DNA of 64,000 bases from IMG/VR virus record IMGVR_UViG_2596583600_000002, positions 1-64,000 of that record; one strand, given 5' to 3'. Under the pieces are notes generated by a model. That model saw nothing but the letters and a program-made list of their open reading frames with translations. It had not been told where the DNA came from and searched no databases. Source of the DNA: a virus (Duplodnaviria > Caudoviricetes). This document shows positions 36,874-46,604 of the stretch, one piece after another. How positions within the stretch are numbered: the first letter of the stretch is position 1; each line of letters begins with the position of its first letter. A program made the translations under genes and the position numbers.

Positions 36874-37622
36874 GCGGCGTCCTGATCATCAAGCCGCTGC
36901 CGATCGCGGCGGTGCCGACCGTCACGGGCACGGGCGCGGCCAATCTACTCACCGTCGATCCCAATGAGGCGTGGATCGCTTCCGGCACCGGCCCTCGTAA
37001 CATAGATGTCGACATGGGATCAGAGGTGACGGTCGACAGCTTCTACTTGGGTTATACCAATGCAGATGGAGCCGCTCTCTGGCGCATTGATCGAGCGACC
37101 GGCCCCGGCACGGGACTGGTCACTGTCAAGGCTGCTGGCCCGATGCGCGCGGCCGACAGCGAAGGGCCGCGTCATCATTGCTTCGCCCGCCTCGCCGCGC
37201 CGGTCGTCAGCCGCTATTTCCGCCTCGTCGTCAACCATCCCGGCCCTGCATCCCTCTATGCGGGTGCGCTGGTGATCGGGCTGGCATTCGAGAAGCATCG
37301 GGAACGCAATGGTGGTCGTGGACTGCTGGACACAGGGGTGCGGCAGGATTTGCCCAGCGGTGGCTTCGGGATCGGCGATGGCGTCGTGAAGGCCCAGTTC
37401 AGCTTTTCGTTCATCGACCTGTCCGCAGCCGAACTGCGGCGACTTTGGTCGATCAATAAGGATCGCGGGCTTCGCAGGCCGGTGGTGATCGTCGAGGACG
37501 CCGACCTCACGGCTGGGCTGAATGAGGCGATCCACTATGGCACTTTCGATCGGTTCCAGCCATATGAGGGAACCGACGCCGACGAGACGCGGTGGTCATG
37601 CTCACATATCGAATGGGCATGA
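36870..37622 (+). CDS. Minor tail (distal tail-like) protein
   Basis: Beta-rich; RYFRL, FSFSF...G...PV.I..D. Confidence 0.65.
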   Translation: MSGVLIIKPLPIAAVPTVTGTGAANLLTVDPNEAWIASGTGPRNIDVDMGSEVTVDSFYLGYTNADGAALWRIDRATGPGTGLVTVKAAGPMRAADSEGPRHHCFARLAAPVVSRYFRLVVNHPGPASLYAGALVIGLAFEKHRERNGGRGLLDTGVRQDLPSGGFGIGDGVVKAQFSFSFIDLSAAELRRLWSINKDRGLRRPVVIVEDADLTAGLNEAIHYGTFDRFQPYEGTDADETRWSCSHIEWA

Positions 37623-37642
37623 TGTCCGTGGGGGGACATCAA
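37623..37642 (+). promoter_or_regulatory. Late-activator site for the lysis operon
   Basis: TGTCCGTGGGGGGACATCAA; dyad ends 39 nt before ATG 37676. Confidence 0.7.
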
Positions 37643-37675
37643 GGCCGCCTGCTGTTTCCGGCCATCCCGTTCCCC

Positions 37676-38224
37676 ATGGCCGCTTCGTTCTCCAAGAAAA
37701 CCCTCGCCGCCCTGATGGGCAGCGCCGCCGTTGCCGGGGCGCTCACCGCCGACATCGCGCGATGGGAGGGCAAGAAGAATGTCGGCTATCTCGACCTCGC
37801 GAAAATCCCGACCAAATGCTTCGGCGATACCAGCGATGTGATCGTCGGGAAGTTCTATAGCGATGCGGAATGCGCCGCTGGCCTTGACCGGCAGGCCACT
37901 GTTCATGTCGAGGGTGTCCTGCGTTGCGCTCCGGGCCTTGCCAGCCAGCCGCAGCTTCTCCGCGCGTCTGGGTCGATGGCCTATAATATCGGCGTGGCGG
38001 GCTGGTGTGGGTCGACCGCCGCATCGCGTTTCAAGGTCGGTGACTGGGTGGGCGGATGCCTCGCCATCGGGCCGTATTTCACGGTCCTTCGCAAGGACGG
38101 GTCGACGGTCGTCACCAGCGGCTTCATCAACGCCCGCGTCAACGGCAAGCTGCAGCCGGTCGACGGCCTGATCTTCCGCCGCACCTATGAGATGACCGTT
38201 TGCCTTCGGGGGTTGATCGCATGA
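37676..38224 (+). CDS. GH24 lysozyme, SAR-type endolysin
   Basis: Ala/Gly-rich N-terminal anchor, then WEG...Y.D...PT.C.G.T, AYNIG, GL..RR..E. Confidence 0.9.
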   Translation: MAASFSKKTLAALMGSAAVAGALTADIARWEGKKNVGYLDLAKIPTKCFGDTSDVIVGKFYSDAECAAGLDRQATVHVEGVLRCAPGLASQPQLLRASGSMAYNIGVAGWCGSTAASRFKVGDWVGGCLAIGPYFTVLRKDGSTVVTSGFINARVNGKLQPVDGLIFRRTYEMTVCLRGLIA

Positions 38225-38814
38225 TCGCCACCGCGATCCGCTTGACCGGCTGGGTGCGGGGCGCGCTGCGCTGGATGGCGGATCATCCCGACATCCTGTT
38301 GCTGGCCTTCCTCGCCGCCGTGTGCGTCGTGCGCGGCAATGCGCTGAATGACGCGCGACAGGAGATCGACCGGCAACGCAACATCGCTGCCCAGTGGAAG
38401 GGTGACTTTCTCGCGCAGCGTCAGGAGATGCGGAAGTTCGCGGGCATGGTTCGCGAGGCGGGCGTGCAGGCGGCGAAGGACGACGCGGCCAATCGGAAAC
38501 GGGTCGAGCAGCTATGGTCGACCAAGCTGGAGCAGCAGTCCCATGAATATCAGTCGTCTCTTGCCGCTGCCTTTGCTGGCGTTGATCGCCGCTTGCGGGG
38601 CGGATCGGCCGAAGGTGGAAACAGCGCTGCCGGTGGTTGCGGCGAAGCGCAACTGCCCCGCCTTTCCGCCATGCCCGAAGGGGCTTTGCCAGCCGGTGGA
38701 GCGGGTGTCATTTCACGAGCCGACGCCCTGATCTGCATCGGCAATACCGTGCGCCTTGAGGCGCTGATCGCGGCATGGAATGGTGCCGCTTCGATCGACG
38801 TGAACGGGCATTAA
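38221..38814 (+). CDS. Inner-membrane spanin (Rz-like)
   Basis: N-terminal TM segment and coiled coil after the endolysin. Confidence 0.75.
   Translation: MIATAIRLTGWVRGALRWMADHPDILLLAFLAAVCVVRGNALNDARQEIDRQRNIAAQWKGDFLAQRQEMRKFAGMVREAGVQAAKDDAANRKRVEQLWSTKLEQQSHEYQSSLAAAFAGVDRRLRGGSAEGGNSAAGGCGEAQLPRLSAMPEGALPAGGAGVISRADALICIGNTVRLEALIAAWNGAASIDVNGH
38543..38731 (+). CDS. Embedded outer-membrane spanin (Rz1-like)
   Basis: +1 frame inside Rz; lipobox LIAAC; Pro/Cys-rich. Confidence 0.7.
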   Translation: MNISRLLPLPLLALIAACGADRPKVETALPVVAAKRNCPAFPPCPKGLCQPVERVSFHEPTP

Positions 38815-38868
38815 AAAAGGCGCTTTGAAGCGCCCTTGCAATAGCCCTGATTGGCTCTTTCTCATCGT

Positions 38869-38958
38869 AATTTTTTTCGTGAATTTCTGACGCGAATTTC
38901 TGTCGCAGCACAGTAATTTTTGACCCGAATTTTTGACCCGAATTTTTGACCCGCTACA
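38869..38958. repeat. Right-end transposase sites: 13-bp AATTT(T/C)TGAC(C/G)CG tandem repeats
   Basis: Three perfect AATTTTTGACCCG copies at 38915-38953 plus degenerate copies upstream. Confidence 0.85.
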
Positions 38959-39289
38959 CCGAAATCGAGTGACAGGAAATTGCTCAGGCGATCCGCTGCC
39001 TCGCCTGCTGGGGCAATTGCTGGAGCGCGCGGGACCGGACACAGCCGTCCTGCGCGCGGCCAGCCGCCCCTGGGTCAGCGCCCTGTTTCAGGGGAGGCGG
39101 CATATCATCGTCCTTGCGCTGGAGGGCGCAGACGCATCGCTGCGCGCCGCGTGTTTCGCGGAAGGGATTGAAGAGGCGCAATGGAGCCTCAATCGGCATT
39201 TCGTCGCCGACATCGCGATAGATGATCGGCGGCCCACGGAAAATGGCGTGGAAATCGAGCTTTCGGCCCTGACGATCGAGGATTGGTAA
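38959..39289 (+). pseudogene. 3' part of the interrupted host hypothetical gene
   Basis: In frame with 973-1018; SRPW.SA.F.G.RH...HFVADI...ALTIED. Confidence 0.85.
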
Positions 39290-39309
39290 GGACGGCGATG
39301 GCGGGCCGT

Positions 39310-40266
39310 TCAGCCCGCCCGCCCAGCCATCGTCCGCAGGGTTCCCAGTGCATCGCGCAAGGCGGCGTCGATATCTTCCACCACAGCATCGCGCACGGGC
39401 ACGGCGGCGGCGACAGGCATGTCCGCGATGACCCGGTGCGATCCAGCCGCGTCCCTGACGCGAGCGCGTTCCGCAAGGCCCCGTTCCAGCCGCGCGGTCA
39501 ATTCGGTGATCGACAGCCGCTCTATGGAGGAAACCGGCGTCGTTTCCGCCGGACAGAAAATGACCGGCTCTTCCTGCGCTTCGGCCACGGCAAAAGACCC
39601 GGTTTCTTCAGCCGGTTCTTCGGAAAAATCCGCTTCCTCCATCGGAACCGCGCCGCCGGAAAGCGGCAGCCCGCCCGATTCGGGCAGTTCCTCCCCCGAC
39701 AATGGTTCGGACCCGTTCGGCAAGGTCAGGCCGAGAGCCCCCGCCTCCTGCGCGAGGGCTTGGGCGTCTTCCTCCACCTCCACCGGCCGGGACGTCTTGT
39801 TCCGCCCGAAAATGTCGAGACCGTCAAAATCGCGGCTGGCGAAGATCGGCGCGCGCGCGGGCGCGTCCGGATGCGCGTCGGCGCGGCGCAACACAGGCTC
39901 GCCGAAGCGATCCGAAGAACGCTCCCTTCTCCGCGCGAAAGCCGTCAGCCTGGATAATGCAAAACCCATTTTACCTGCTCCCCGGACGCCATCGGAGCGT
40001 CCTTCATGTTCCAGGGCCAGAAGCCGCCCTTCGCGGCGCATGACCCCAATGATTCCTATCGCCATCAGCGCCGCGAACAGCGCCAGCCCCAACCGGGCCG
40101 TCATGCCCAGAGGCGGCGCGGCGGCCGGCAGGATTTCCGAAACGCCGGTGGAGGCGATCAATGTTTCCACCAGCCCGACCGGCATCGACAGCATGGCGAG
40201 CGCCGCCCCGCCACCGCCCAGCGCCGCCAGCGCCACGGCCTTATTCCGGTTTCTGTACCGACCCAT
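39310..40266 (-). CDS. Host hypothetical membrane protein
   Basis: N-terminal TMs, PAAAPPLG.TAR, DAHPDAPAR.PIFA; host-like codon usage. Confidence 0.8.
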   Translation of the reverse strand: MGRYRNRNKAVALAALGGGGAALAMLSMPVGLVETLIASTGVSEILPAAAPPLGMTARLGLALFAALMAIGIIGVMRREGRLLALEHEGRSDGVRGAGKMGFALSRLTAFARRRERSSDRFGEPVLRRADAHPDAPARAPIFASRDFDGLDIFGRNKTSRPVEVEEDAQALAQEAGALGLTLPNGSEPLSGEELPESGGLPLSGGAVPMEEADFSEEPAEETGSFAVAEAQEEPVIFCPAETTPVSSIERLSITELTARLERGLAERARVRDAAGSHRVIADMPVAAAVPVRDAVVEDIDAALRDALGTLRTMAGRAG

Positions 40267-40283
40267 CTTTCAACAGCCTCCGG

Positions 40284-41513
40284 TCACGCCGCCGCCCGCG
40301 CGTCCGGCACGGTGTTCAACAGGCGCTGATAAACAGGTTCGTAGCGCAGGATGTTCGACGCCCAGTTCCGCTCCCGCTCGACAAAGGCGCGAGCGGTCGC
40401 CCGCCGCTCGTCCCAGAACTGGCGGTCGGCGAACATGCCGGACAGCGCGGCGGCGATGGCCGCCGGATCGTCGGGCGCGAACAGGGTGCCGGTGACGCCG
40501 TCCTCGATCAACTCGCGATGGCCGCCGACGCTGGAGGCAGCGACCAGCCTTCCCTGCGCCATGGCTTCCAGCGGCTTGAGCGGCGTCACCAGATCGGTGA
40601 GGCGCATCGCCTTGCGCGGATAGGCGAGAACATCGACCTGCGCGTAATAATCCTCGACCTGGATATGCGGCACGCGGCCCGCGAACAGGATATGATCGGC
40701 GAAGGGCGATGCCGTGGCCCGGTCGCGCAGCGCCTGTTCGCAGGGACCTCCCCCCACGAGCAGCAGCTTCGCCCTGGGCCGCGTCCGCACGAGGCGGGGC
40801 ATGGCGGCGATCAGGTCGTCCAGCCCTTCATAATCGTAGAAGCTGCCGATGAAACCGACGACATCGGCGCCTTCCAGGCCCAGCTTCGCCGTCAGCGCGG
40901 GATCGCGGGCGACGGGCGTGCCGAACTGGTCCATGTCGACGCCATTGGGCGAAACGATGATCTTCCGCGCGTCGATCCCGCGCGCGATCATGTCGTGCCG
41001 CAGCCCTTCGCAGATCACGGCGACCGCGTCGGCGCTTCGCACGGCATGGGTTTCGAGCTGGCGTGTCAGCCAATAGCGGGGACTGCCTTGCGTCCCGGTG
41101 CCGTTACCGACCGCCGCATCCTCCCAGAAAGCGCGAATCTCATAGACGAGGGGAATGCCATGCCGGCGCGCGACCCGCTGGGCGGCGATGGCGTTCAGCA
41201 CCGGCGAATGGGCGTGGATGATATCCGGGCGCCAGTCCTGCACCAGCGCCTCCATCGCGTCGGCATGGGCCGAAATGTCCCGCCACTCGCGCAACAGGGC
41301 ATTGCCGGTCGCCGCCTTCCCCGGTGTGCGATGAAAGCGCAGCCCGTCCACGAGCTGTTCCCGCGGCCCCGGCGCGGCGTGGCGGTGGCCGGTGATGCCC
41401 CGCACGTCCCAGCCCTTCGCCATCTGCGCCCGTAAGATGGCGCGCGTGCGGAAGGTATAGCCGCTCTGCAAGGGCAGGCTGTGGTCGAGCACATGAAGAA
41501 TACGCGTCGTCAT
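40284..41513 (-). CDS. GT4 glycosyltransferase (PEP-CTERM/XrtA-associated type)
   Basis: HSLPLQSGYTFRT, GSFYDYEG, VTPLKPLEAMA. Confidence 0.92.
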   Translation of the reverse strand: MTTRILHVLDHSLPLQSGYTFRTRAILRAQMAKGWDVRGITGHRHAAPGPREQLVDGLRFHRTPGKAATGNALLREWRDISAHADAMEALVQDWRPDIIHAHSPVLNAIAAQRVARRHGIPLVYEIRAFWEDAAVGNGTGTQGSPRYWLTRQLETHAVRSADAVAVICEGLRHDMIARGIDARKIIVSPNGVDMDQFGTPVARDPALTAKLGLEGADVVGFIGSFYDYEGLDDLIAAMPRLVRTRPRAKLLLVGGGPCEQALRDRATASPFADHILFAGRVPHIQVEDYYAQVDVLAYPRKAMRLTDLVTPLKPLEAMAQGRLVAASSVGGHRELIEDGVTGTLFAPDDPAAIAAALSGMFADRQFWDERRATARAFVERERNWASNILRYEPVYQRLLNTVPDARAAA

Positions 41514-41607
41514 GACCTGAATGTCTGGCAGAAATTGTTTAACGGCCCGTCAACCTCAAGCACGCAATTGCGCGCCAAATCGGGATAGTTTGAAGGAGTT
41601 TGAAGAT

Positions 41608-42618
41608 TCACTTCCCGTTCCTCTGCCATTTCAGGATAGCCGTTCTGCCTAGTTTTGATTGCGACCGGCGCTTGGCGTAATGTTCCACCATCTGGAGAGA
41701 TTGTCCGCTGATGGCGGCTGTCTCGGCGGCGCTGCATCCAGCTTCGAGAAGGGCATTCACGGCGTTCTTGCGTAGGCCGTGCGGCACGACCTTCACGCCT
41801 AGCTCTGCACAAAATGCCTGAATGTCAGTCCGCAGCCGGTCGATCCGGTATTTCGTCGGTTCCTTGCCAAGGATGGTGGAGAGGCTGCGAGGGTGGCGGT
41901 CCAGTTCCTTCGACAGTTCGGTATGGATTGGTATCTCCAGAGGCTTGCCGGTCTTCTCCTGCGTCATGATGATGCGGTCACCGTCAATGTCCCGCCACCG
42001 CATCGAAGCGACGTCGCCGATCCTTTGCGCGGTGTAGTAGAGTAGGTGCACCGCCAGCCTTACTTCGCCATCTGCTTTCAGCGCGGCATCCAGAATATGC
42101 TCCGGCCATGGTTGATGCTCGCCCACTTCCATCGGATCTATGTCGGTGAATGGGTTGTTCGTGATATGCCCGCGCTTACGGCCCCAGCTATATGCTGCGC
42201 TGGACGCTTTCATGACCATGTTGGCGGCGGCGGGCTTGTCCGCCATCTTGTCGAGCATCAGGACGATATCCTTACGCTCCACCCTCTGGGCCGGTGCTGA
42301 ACCCAGTTTATCGACAAGCTCAGTCTGATAGATTCGATAGATGCGCTGGGTAGCGACGGCGAGCTTCTCGAATTGCGCGCTGGCCTGATATAGATCGACC
42401 AGCTTTGCGACGGTCAGTTCAATGGCCACATTCTCCCGGCGGCTACGATGTCCCAACATGGCCGCATAGGTCGCACCGAAAGCGCGGTCTTTCGGATCAG
42501 GAAGGCGCTTCCATATGCGCTTGCCGTTCTCGTCCACCTGCCCGGTGTCGAAATAATAATAGAAGCGACCCTTCGCTTTGGTCCGCTTCACATACTGGAT
42601 GGTCCTAGCCGTTGGCAT
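41608..42618 (-). CDS. int: Tyrosine integrase
   Basis: TAQRIGD, HGLRK, SGQS..MVEHY. Confidence 0.93.
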   Translation of the reverse strand: MPTARTIQYVKRTKAKGRFYYYFDTGQVDENGKRIWKRLPDPKDRAFGATYAAMLGHRSRRENVAIELTVAKLVDLYQASAQFEKLAVATQRIYRIYQTELVDKLGSAPAQRVERKDIVLMLDKMADKPAAANMVMKASSAAYSWGRKRGHITNNPFTDIDPMEVGEHQPWPEHILDAALKADGEVRLAVHLLYYTAQRIGDVASMRWRDIDGDRIIMTQEKTGKPLEIPIHTELSKELDRHPRSLSTILGKEPTKYRIDRLRTDIQAFCAELGVKVVPHGLRKNAVNALLEAGCSAAETAAISGQSLQMVEHYAKRRSQSKLGRTAILKWQRNGK

Positions 42619-42850
42619 ACAGCTTCGTCCCTTTGCGCCAGTCGTCGGCGGACTCGCCCTCACCTGTCAGGCGCTCCATATAGGTGTCGATTTCGGCGCG
42701 GCTCCAATGCAGGCCATTGCCCAGCATGACGGGATGCGGCAGGCGGCCAGAAGCAATCTCGCGCTCAAACTCTGCTGCGGACAGGTCGAGATAGGCGCAG
42801 GCGGTCGCCCGCTTGAGCATCCGTGGCCAGAATGGAACGTGCGCCCCCAT
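42605..42850 (-). CDS. Excisionase/AlpA-like protein
   Basis: WPR.L....A.AYLDLS...F...G.LP.P...W. Confidence 0.8.
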   Translation of the reverse strand: MGAHVPFWPRMLKRATACAYLDLSAAEFEREIASGRLPHPVMLGNGLHWSRAEIDTYMERLTGEGESADDWRKGTKLYANG

Positions 42851-43267
42851 TCACCCCTCCCCAATGGCTGCTGAGAGCATGGCGTCATACGCGGCCTGAA
42901 TATCAAGCCAGTCCTGTGGGTTCATGGTCATGGCCTGTGTCGAATGGCTGGAGCCATCGGCGAAATGGACTTCCGCATAGTCCTGCCCATCGTGGACGCG
43001 GATCGGCATGATCTTCGCCAAGGCCTCCGCCAACGCCTCGGCGTGACGTTCCAACGCAGCGATGGTCGCGCCGTCTGCCGTGATCCGGTTCGCTGCCTGA
43101 TCCAATAGTTCGGCCATGTCCATATCCGGCTTCGGCTTGTGGATCATGCGTCCGCCATCATCGGCCACGACATATTCGGTCGGCGGGTTCACGGCGTGGC
43201 GCGCCTCGATACGCAGGCATTCGACAAGATCGCGCGGGATTTGATAGTCTTGTAAAGTAGTCATCAT
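42851..43267 (-). CDS. Hypothetical phage protein
   Basis: Coupled early-left ORF. Confidence 0.55.
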   Translation of the reverse strand: MMTTLQDYQIPRDLVECLRIEARHAVNPPTEYVVADDGGRMIHKPKPDMDMAELLDQAANRITADGATIAALERHAEALAEALAKIMPIRVHDGQDYAEVHFADGSSHSTQAMTMNPQDWLDIQAAYDAMLSAAIGEG

Positions 43268-43686
43268 GATTTCCTTTCGCGCCGCGAAACAATGCCAATC
43301 ATGTCGTGGGGGTCGATAAAATGGGATGCGCCATTATGCGACAGTGGATAAAACCCTGACATAAATGCCCCATGGTCCTCGCTCCATATTATGTCATAGA
43401 AGAACGTATCATCTTCACACGGCGGGCGCTCAACACCTATGATTAGGCGATCTTTCGGCGCATATCGCAGCCGCTTCGGCGTGATCCGCTTCACAAGTTT
43501 ATTATATGCCCGGACTGCTCGATTGCGCTCCAACTTTAACCGTGCAATCTCGGCAACCTGCTGATTCAGCTTGTCCAATGCCTCGCGCGCTGTCCCCGCG
43601 TCGGCAAGGTCAATATCCGGTTCGGACCAGTTCGCGATCCATTCAAGCCGCTCTTCCAGCGTGCGTGGGTCATGCGCGTTGGTCAT
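43264..43686 (-). CDS. Hypothetical phage protein
   Basis: ATGA coupling. Confidence 0.6.
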   Translation of the reverse strand: MTNAHDPRTLEERLEWIANWSEPDIDLADAGTAREALDKLNQQVAEIARLKLERNRAVRAYNKLVKRITPKRLRYAPKDRLIIGVERPPCEDDTFFYDIIWSEDHGAFMSGFYPLSHNGASHFIDPHDMIGIVSRRERKS

Positions 43687-44099
43687 GGCTGTGTATCCTT
43701 GCGTGGTTCTGGCGAATATCGAACGCCGTCATCGAACGGGATGAACGCCCATTTGCGGATACGCTCGCCATCATCGCTGAACCGAACGTAGATCGTCGGA
43801 CGCTCGCTATCTTCCAACGGGCTGACAGGCGGATAAAGACATTTGCTCAGACAGCCGCATCCCTCGTCGCCGCATGATCCGCAGACAGGGCAATAGATCG
43901 GCGGCTCATTCTGCTCCATCCGCATCCACTGCTCTGTCCGCTTCTCGGCGGTATCCCGGTGGCGAGCGAAGGCTTGGACCGGGATGCTTTGGTCACATTT
44001 CCCAGACCGAATTTCAGGTGCGGTTAGAAGGCCCCATAGGTCCGCCGCCGCGTCCCTGTCTTCTTGCGTCACGCTGAAATATGGATGTTCATGGGTCAT
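43683..44099 (-). CDS. Hypothetical phage protein with Cys cluster
   Basis: CPVCGSCGDEGCGC. Confidence 0.6.
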   Translation of the reverse strand: MTHEHPYFSVTQEDRDAAADLWGLLTAPEIRSGKCDQSIPVQAFARHRDTAEKRTEQWMRMEQNEPPIYCPVCGSCGDEGCGCLSKCLYPPVSPLEDSERPTIYVRFSDDGERIRKWAFIPFDDGVRYSPEPRKDTQP

Positions 44100-44389
44100 C
44101 GGAACAACTCCACGCCATTGGCCTGCGCGGCTGGCTTGATAACCTTCCGCGCGAACTCATGGACAACCTGGCTCACGATATAGGAGGGACTGTGCTCGTC
44201 TATTTCACCATCGTCCGATGCCAGCCATTTATGCGCCGTGCCGAGGTTCGTCGCCTCCCAGTAAATGTCGTGGATTGCCTTTAGAGCGCGGTCTATCGCG
44301 GCGAAGGCTTCGTCCACCTCGCGCTCTGATATTATATCGCCGTCCTCATCATACATGTGGCGGCGGAGCCGTTCGATAGCGTCAATCAT
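44096..44389 (-). CDS. Hypothetical phage protein
   Basis: ATGA coupling. Confidence 0.55.
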   Translation of the reverse strand: MIDAIERLRRHMYDEDGDIISEREVDEAFAAIDRALKAIHDIYWEATNLGTAHKWLASDDGEIDEHSPSYIVSQVVHEFARKVIKPAAQANGVELFR

Positions 44390-44558
44390 TTCCTCGCCTC
44401 CTTCGCACAAGGCACAATGCCCGCCCTACCTGGATCGGAGCGGCACACAGCGCAATCGCAGGGATCGTCCGCATAGAGTGGCGCGCACTCGTCACAGATA
44501 CCGCTATGGTTGCGAGCATCTTTCCCGCACTCTCCGCAAGTAGTGAAGAACGCGCGCT

Positions 44559-44753
44559 TCATTTCGGCGGCTCCGGGAGCGGCATCCAGTGCGAAACATC
44601 TTCCTTCTGCCAAGCACCACACTGGAGCGTATAGAAATGCTGGAACAGATTGTCCCAGAATCCGGCATCAACAACCTGCTCATCGCTGGAGAATAGAAGG
44701 ACGGCTTCTTCCACATCGTCCCCCAGCGTCTCTATCGGTTGCCATTCACTCAT
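44559..44753 (-). CDS. DUF551-like protein
   Basis: MSEWQPIE...VSHWMPLPEPP. Confidence 0.75.
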   Translation of the reverse strand: MSEWQPIETLGDDVEEAVLLFSSDEQVVDAGFWDNLFQHFYTLQCGAWQKEDVSHWMPLPEPPK

Positions 44754-44936
44754 ATGTCACCTGATCTTTCCGCCCATACTGGCGAACGCTGGTAGCTGTG
44801 CCCACAGATCGGCGGACGCGAAGGTCAGGCAGCCAGATCGGCTTGGACCTGTCGCCACGGATGTGCAGTTGGCCCCAATAGTCAGGCCCCTTCTCGGGCT
44901 GCGCTGACAGGGACGGGGCGCGGGTGTGGATGCGGG

Positions 44937-45155
44937 TCATGCAGAATCTCCGGCGCGGGCCCGAACGCGGCGCGAAAGCCGGTAGAGTTTCGCTGCCAAA
45001 TAACGAGCCTGCCAAGGAGTCATCGAGCGAACGTGGAAATTTCCGTCGATGTAGATATTCTGCTCGCCCTCCCATATCGTGAGAGAGGTTGCGCTATTAT
45101 CACGGGTTTCACGACATGCGATCCCGTGACGCTCTCGGACTGCATCATCTGTCAT
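44937..45155 (-). CDS. Hypothetical phage protein
   Basis: ORF with AAGGA RBS. Confidence 0.5.
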   Translation of the reverse strand: MTDDAVRERHGIACRETRDNSATSLTIWEGEQNIYIDGNFHVRSMTPWQARYLAAKLYRLSRRVRARAGDSA

Positions 45156-45216
45156 CTAATCCTTACCGGGACGCTATCAGCCTAGGCCGTCGCGTCCCGG
45201 CTCCCTTCGTTGGAAA

Positions 45217-45429
45217 TCAGTTACCGTCGCCCTTCCGCTCAGCGGCTTCACGCTTGCGGCGGGCGTTGGCCTCCATGAGAGGCGCGATCCGGCGATTGTG
45301 GGATGCGGCCAGTTCGGCGCGGGCTTCGTCACGCTGGCGCTTGAAATGCATGGCGGTCTGTTCAAGCGCGCGAACGTCTGCGCTGAATCCTTTCACAATC
45401 GCGTCGTGCTTTGATTTACGAATGAACAT
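45217..45429 (-). CDS. Hypothetical phage protein
   Basis: GGGAG RBS. Confidence 0.55.
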   Translation of the reverse strand: MFIRKSKHDAIVKGFSADVRALEQTAMHFKRQRDEARAELAASHNRRIAPLMEANARRKREAAERKGDGN

Positions 45430-45453
45430 GGGTTCTCTCCCTGCTATGCTGCC

Positions 45454-45942
45454 TCAGAACGGAACTTCATCGTCAAGATCGTCGTCGAATGACGAGGGTC
45501 GACCGGACGATGAACCGCCGCCGAAGCCATCCTGATTGCTGTGCGTTGAGCCTCCCCAGCCATCATTGCCGCTGGATCGGCCACCGTCAGACTTGGCGCC
45601 GTCGAGCATGGTCAGCACCGCGCGAGGCCCGCTCAGCACAACCTCGGTTGTGTAGCGATCGTTGCCCGATTGATCCTGCCATTTGCGGGTGCGAAGCTGG
45701 CCTTCGATGTAGATTTTGCTGCCCTTGCGAAGATACTTCTCCGCCACTCCGACGAGGCCATCGGACTGAATTGACACACTGTGCCATTCCGTCCGCTCCT
45801 TCTTCTCGCCGGTCTGCTTATCCTTCCAGCTTTCGGATGTAGCGATGCGAAGGTTGGCGATCTTGCCACCGTTCTGGAAGGATTTCACCTCCACGTCCGC
45901 GCCAAGGTTGCCGATCAGGCATACTTTGTTGAGGGAGGCCAT
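45454..45942 (-). CDS. ssb: Single-stranded DNA-binding protein
   Basis: SLNKV.LIGNLG.D, ERTEWH, acidic DDEVPF tail. Confidence 0.97.
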   Translation of the reverse strand: MASLNKVCLIGNLGADVEVKSFQNGGKIANLRIATSESWKDKQTGEKKERTEWHSVSIQSDGLVGVAEKYLRKGSKIYIEGQLRTRKWQDQSGNDRYTTEVVLSGPRAVLTMLDGAKSDGGRSSGNDGWGGSTHSNQDGFGGGSSSGRPSSFDDDLDDEVPF

Positions 45943-46604
45943 CAGAACTCCACCTCGTCCGTCTCTGCATTGAAGCCCTCACCCATGTCGCTTTCCGGCC
46001 TTCCTTCGCGCGCGAAGTTGGAGGCGCGGGCCTGAGACGCGGCTATGACCAGTTCATGCAGTTCGGGCCGCTTCTGCTTCAGTTCATCCAGGCGCTGGGC
46101 CAGTGGCTGCTCGAACGCCTGCAAATCCTCCATGGAGGTGAACGCCTCGACCTTGGCGATGTAGTCAGCGGCCCATTTTGCCGCGCGGTCTTCTGCGGGC
46201 TTGGGCTGATCGACGTTAAGCGGCTTGATCGTCGCCATCACCTTCTTGCCCTTGGTGGCAGTCAGGGCGATCACCATTTCCCGCTCGATATGCGTCATGT
46301 GACTGATGCGAATGCCGCCCACCTTCATACCGCCCCAAGTCACATTGGGATCGCAGAACAGCTTGACCGACCGGCCAGCATAAGCCTTCGCATCCGGCCC
46401 CCAGGCCGCGACCAGAACGCGGGACATGGATTTGCAGGGCCGCCATGGCTTGTTGTTGTCGCCCTCGAAATAGATCGAGACGGGCTGCTCAGTGCCGGGA
46501 CGGATGCTGACATCGCGGATCGTGATGACGCGCGGGCCAGCAAGTAGATCATCGGCGTTGATCTGGTCGGATTTCGGCACAATGACCGCGCTCATGTCAT
46601 TCAC
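45942..46604 (-). CDS. Conserved phage protein in the recombination module
   Basis: [11 protein letters not shown]...KPWRPCKSM...GGIRISH; acidic tail ending EVEF. Confidence 0.75.
   Translation of the reverse strand: MNDMSAVIVPKSDQINADDLLAGPRVITIRDVSIRPGTEQPVSIYFEGDNNKPWRPCKSMSRVLVAAWGPDAKAYAGRSVKLFCDPNVTWGGMKVGGIRISHMTHIEREMVIALTATKGKKVMATIKPLNVDQPKPAEDRAAKWAADYIAKVEAFTSMEDLQAFEQPLAQRLDELKQKRPELHELVIAASQARASNFAREGRPESDMGEGFNAETDEVEF

Larger units (their letters stand above)
1019..38958. mobile_element. Complete Mu-like transposable prophage, 37,940 bp
   Basis: Begins TGTGC and ends CTACA; CCGAA duplicated at 1014-1018 and 38959-38963; DDE transposase, MuB, Ner, Gam, GemA, Mor and Mu-type head genes. 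Confidence 0.97.

Noticed and set aside
31426-37622. Gin-type invertible host-range segment
   Set aside because: No serine invertase and no inverted fibre genes
38869-38953. 13-bp tandem repeat as a mini-CRISPR or VNTR
   Set aside because: No spacers; position at the CA terminus and mirror copy at the left end fit transposase sites
41514-41607. tRNA-type attachment site; CtrA box TTAA-N7-TCAA
   Set aside because: No cloverleaf or T-loop visible; the CtrA-like match has a mismatch and no other support
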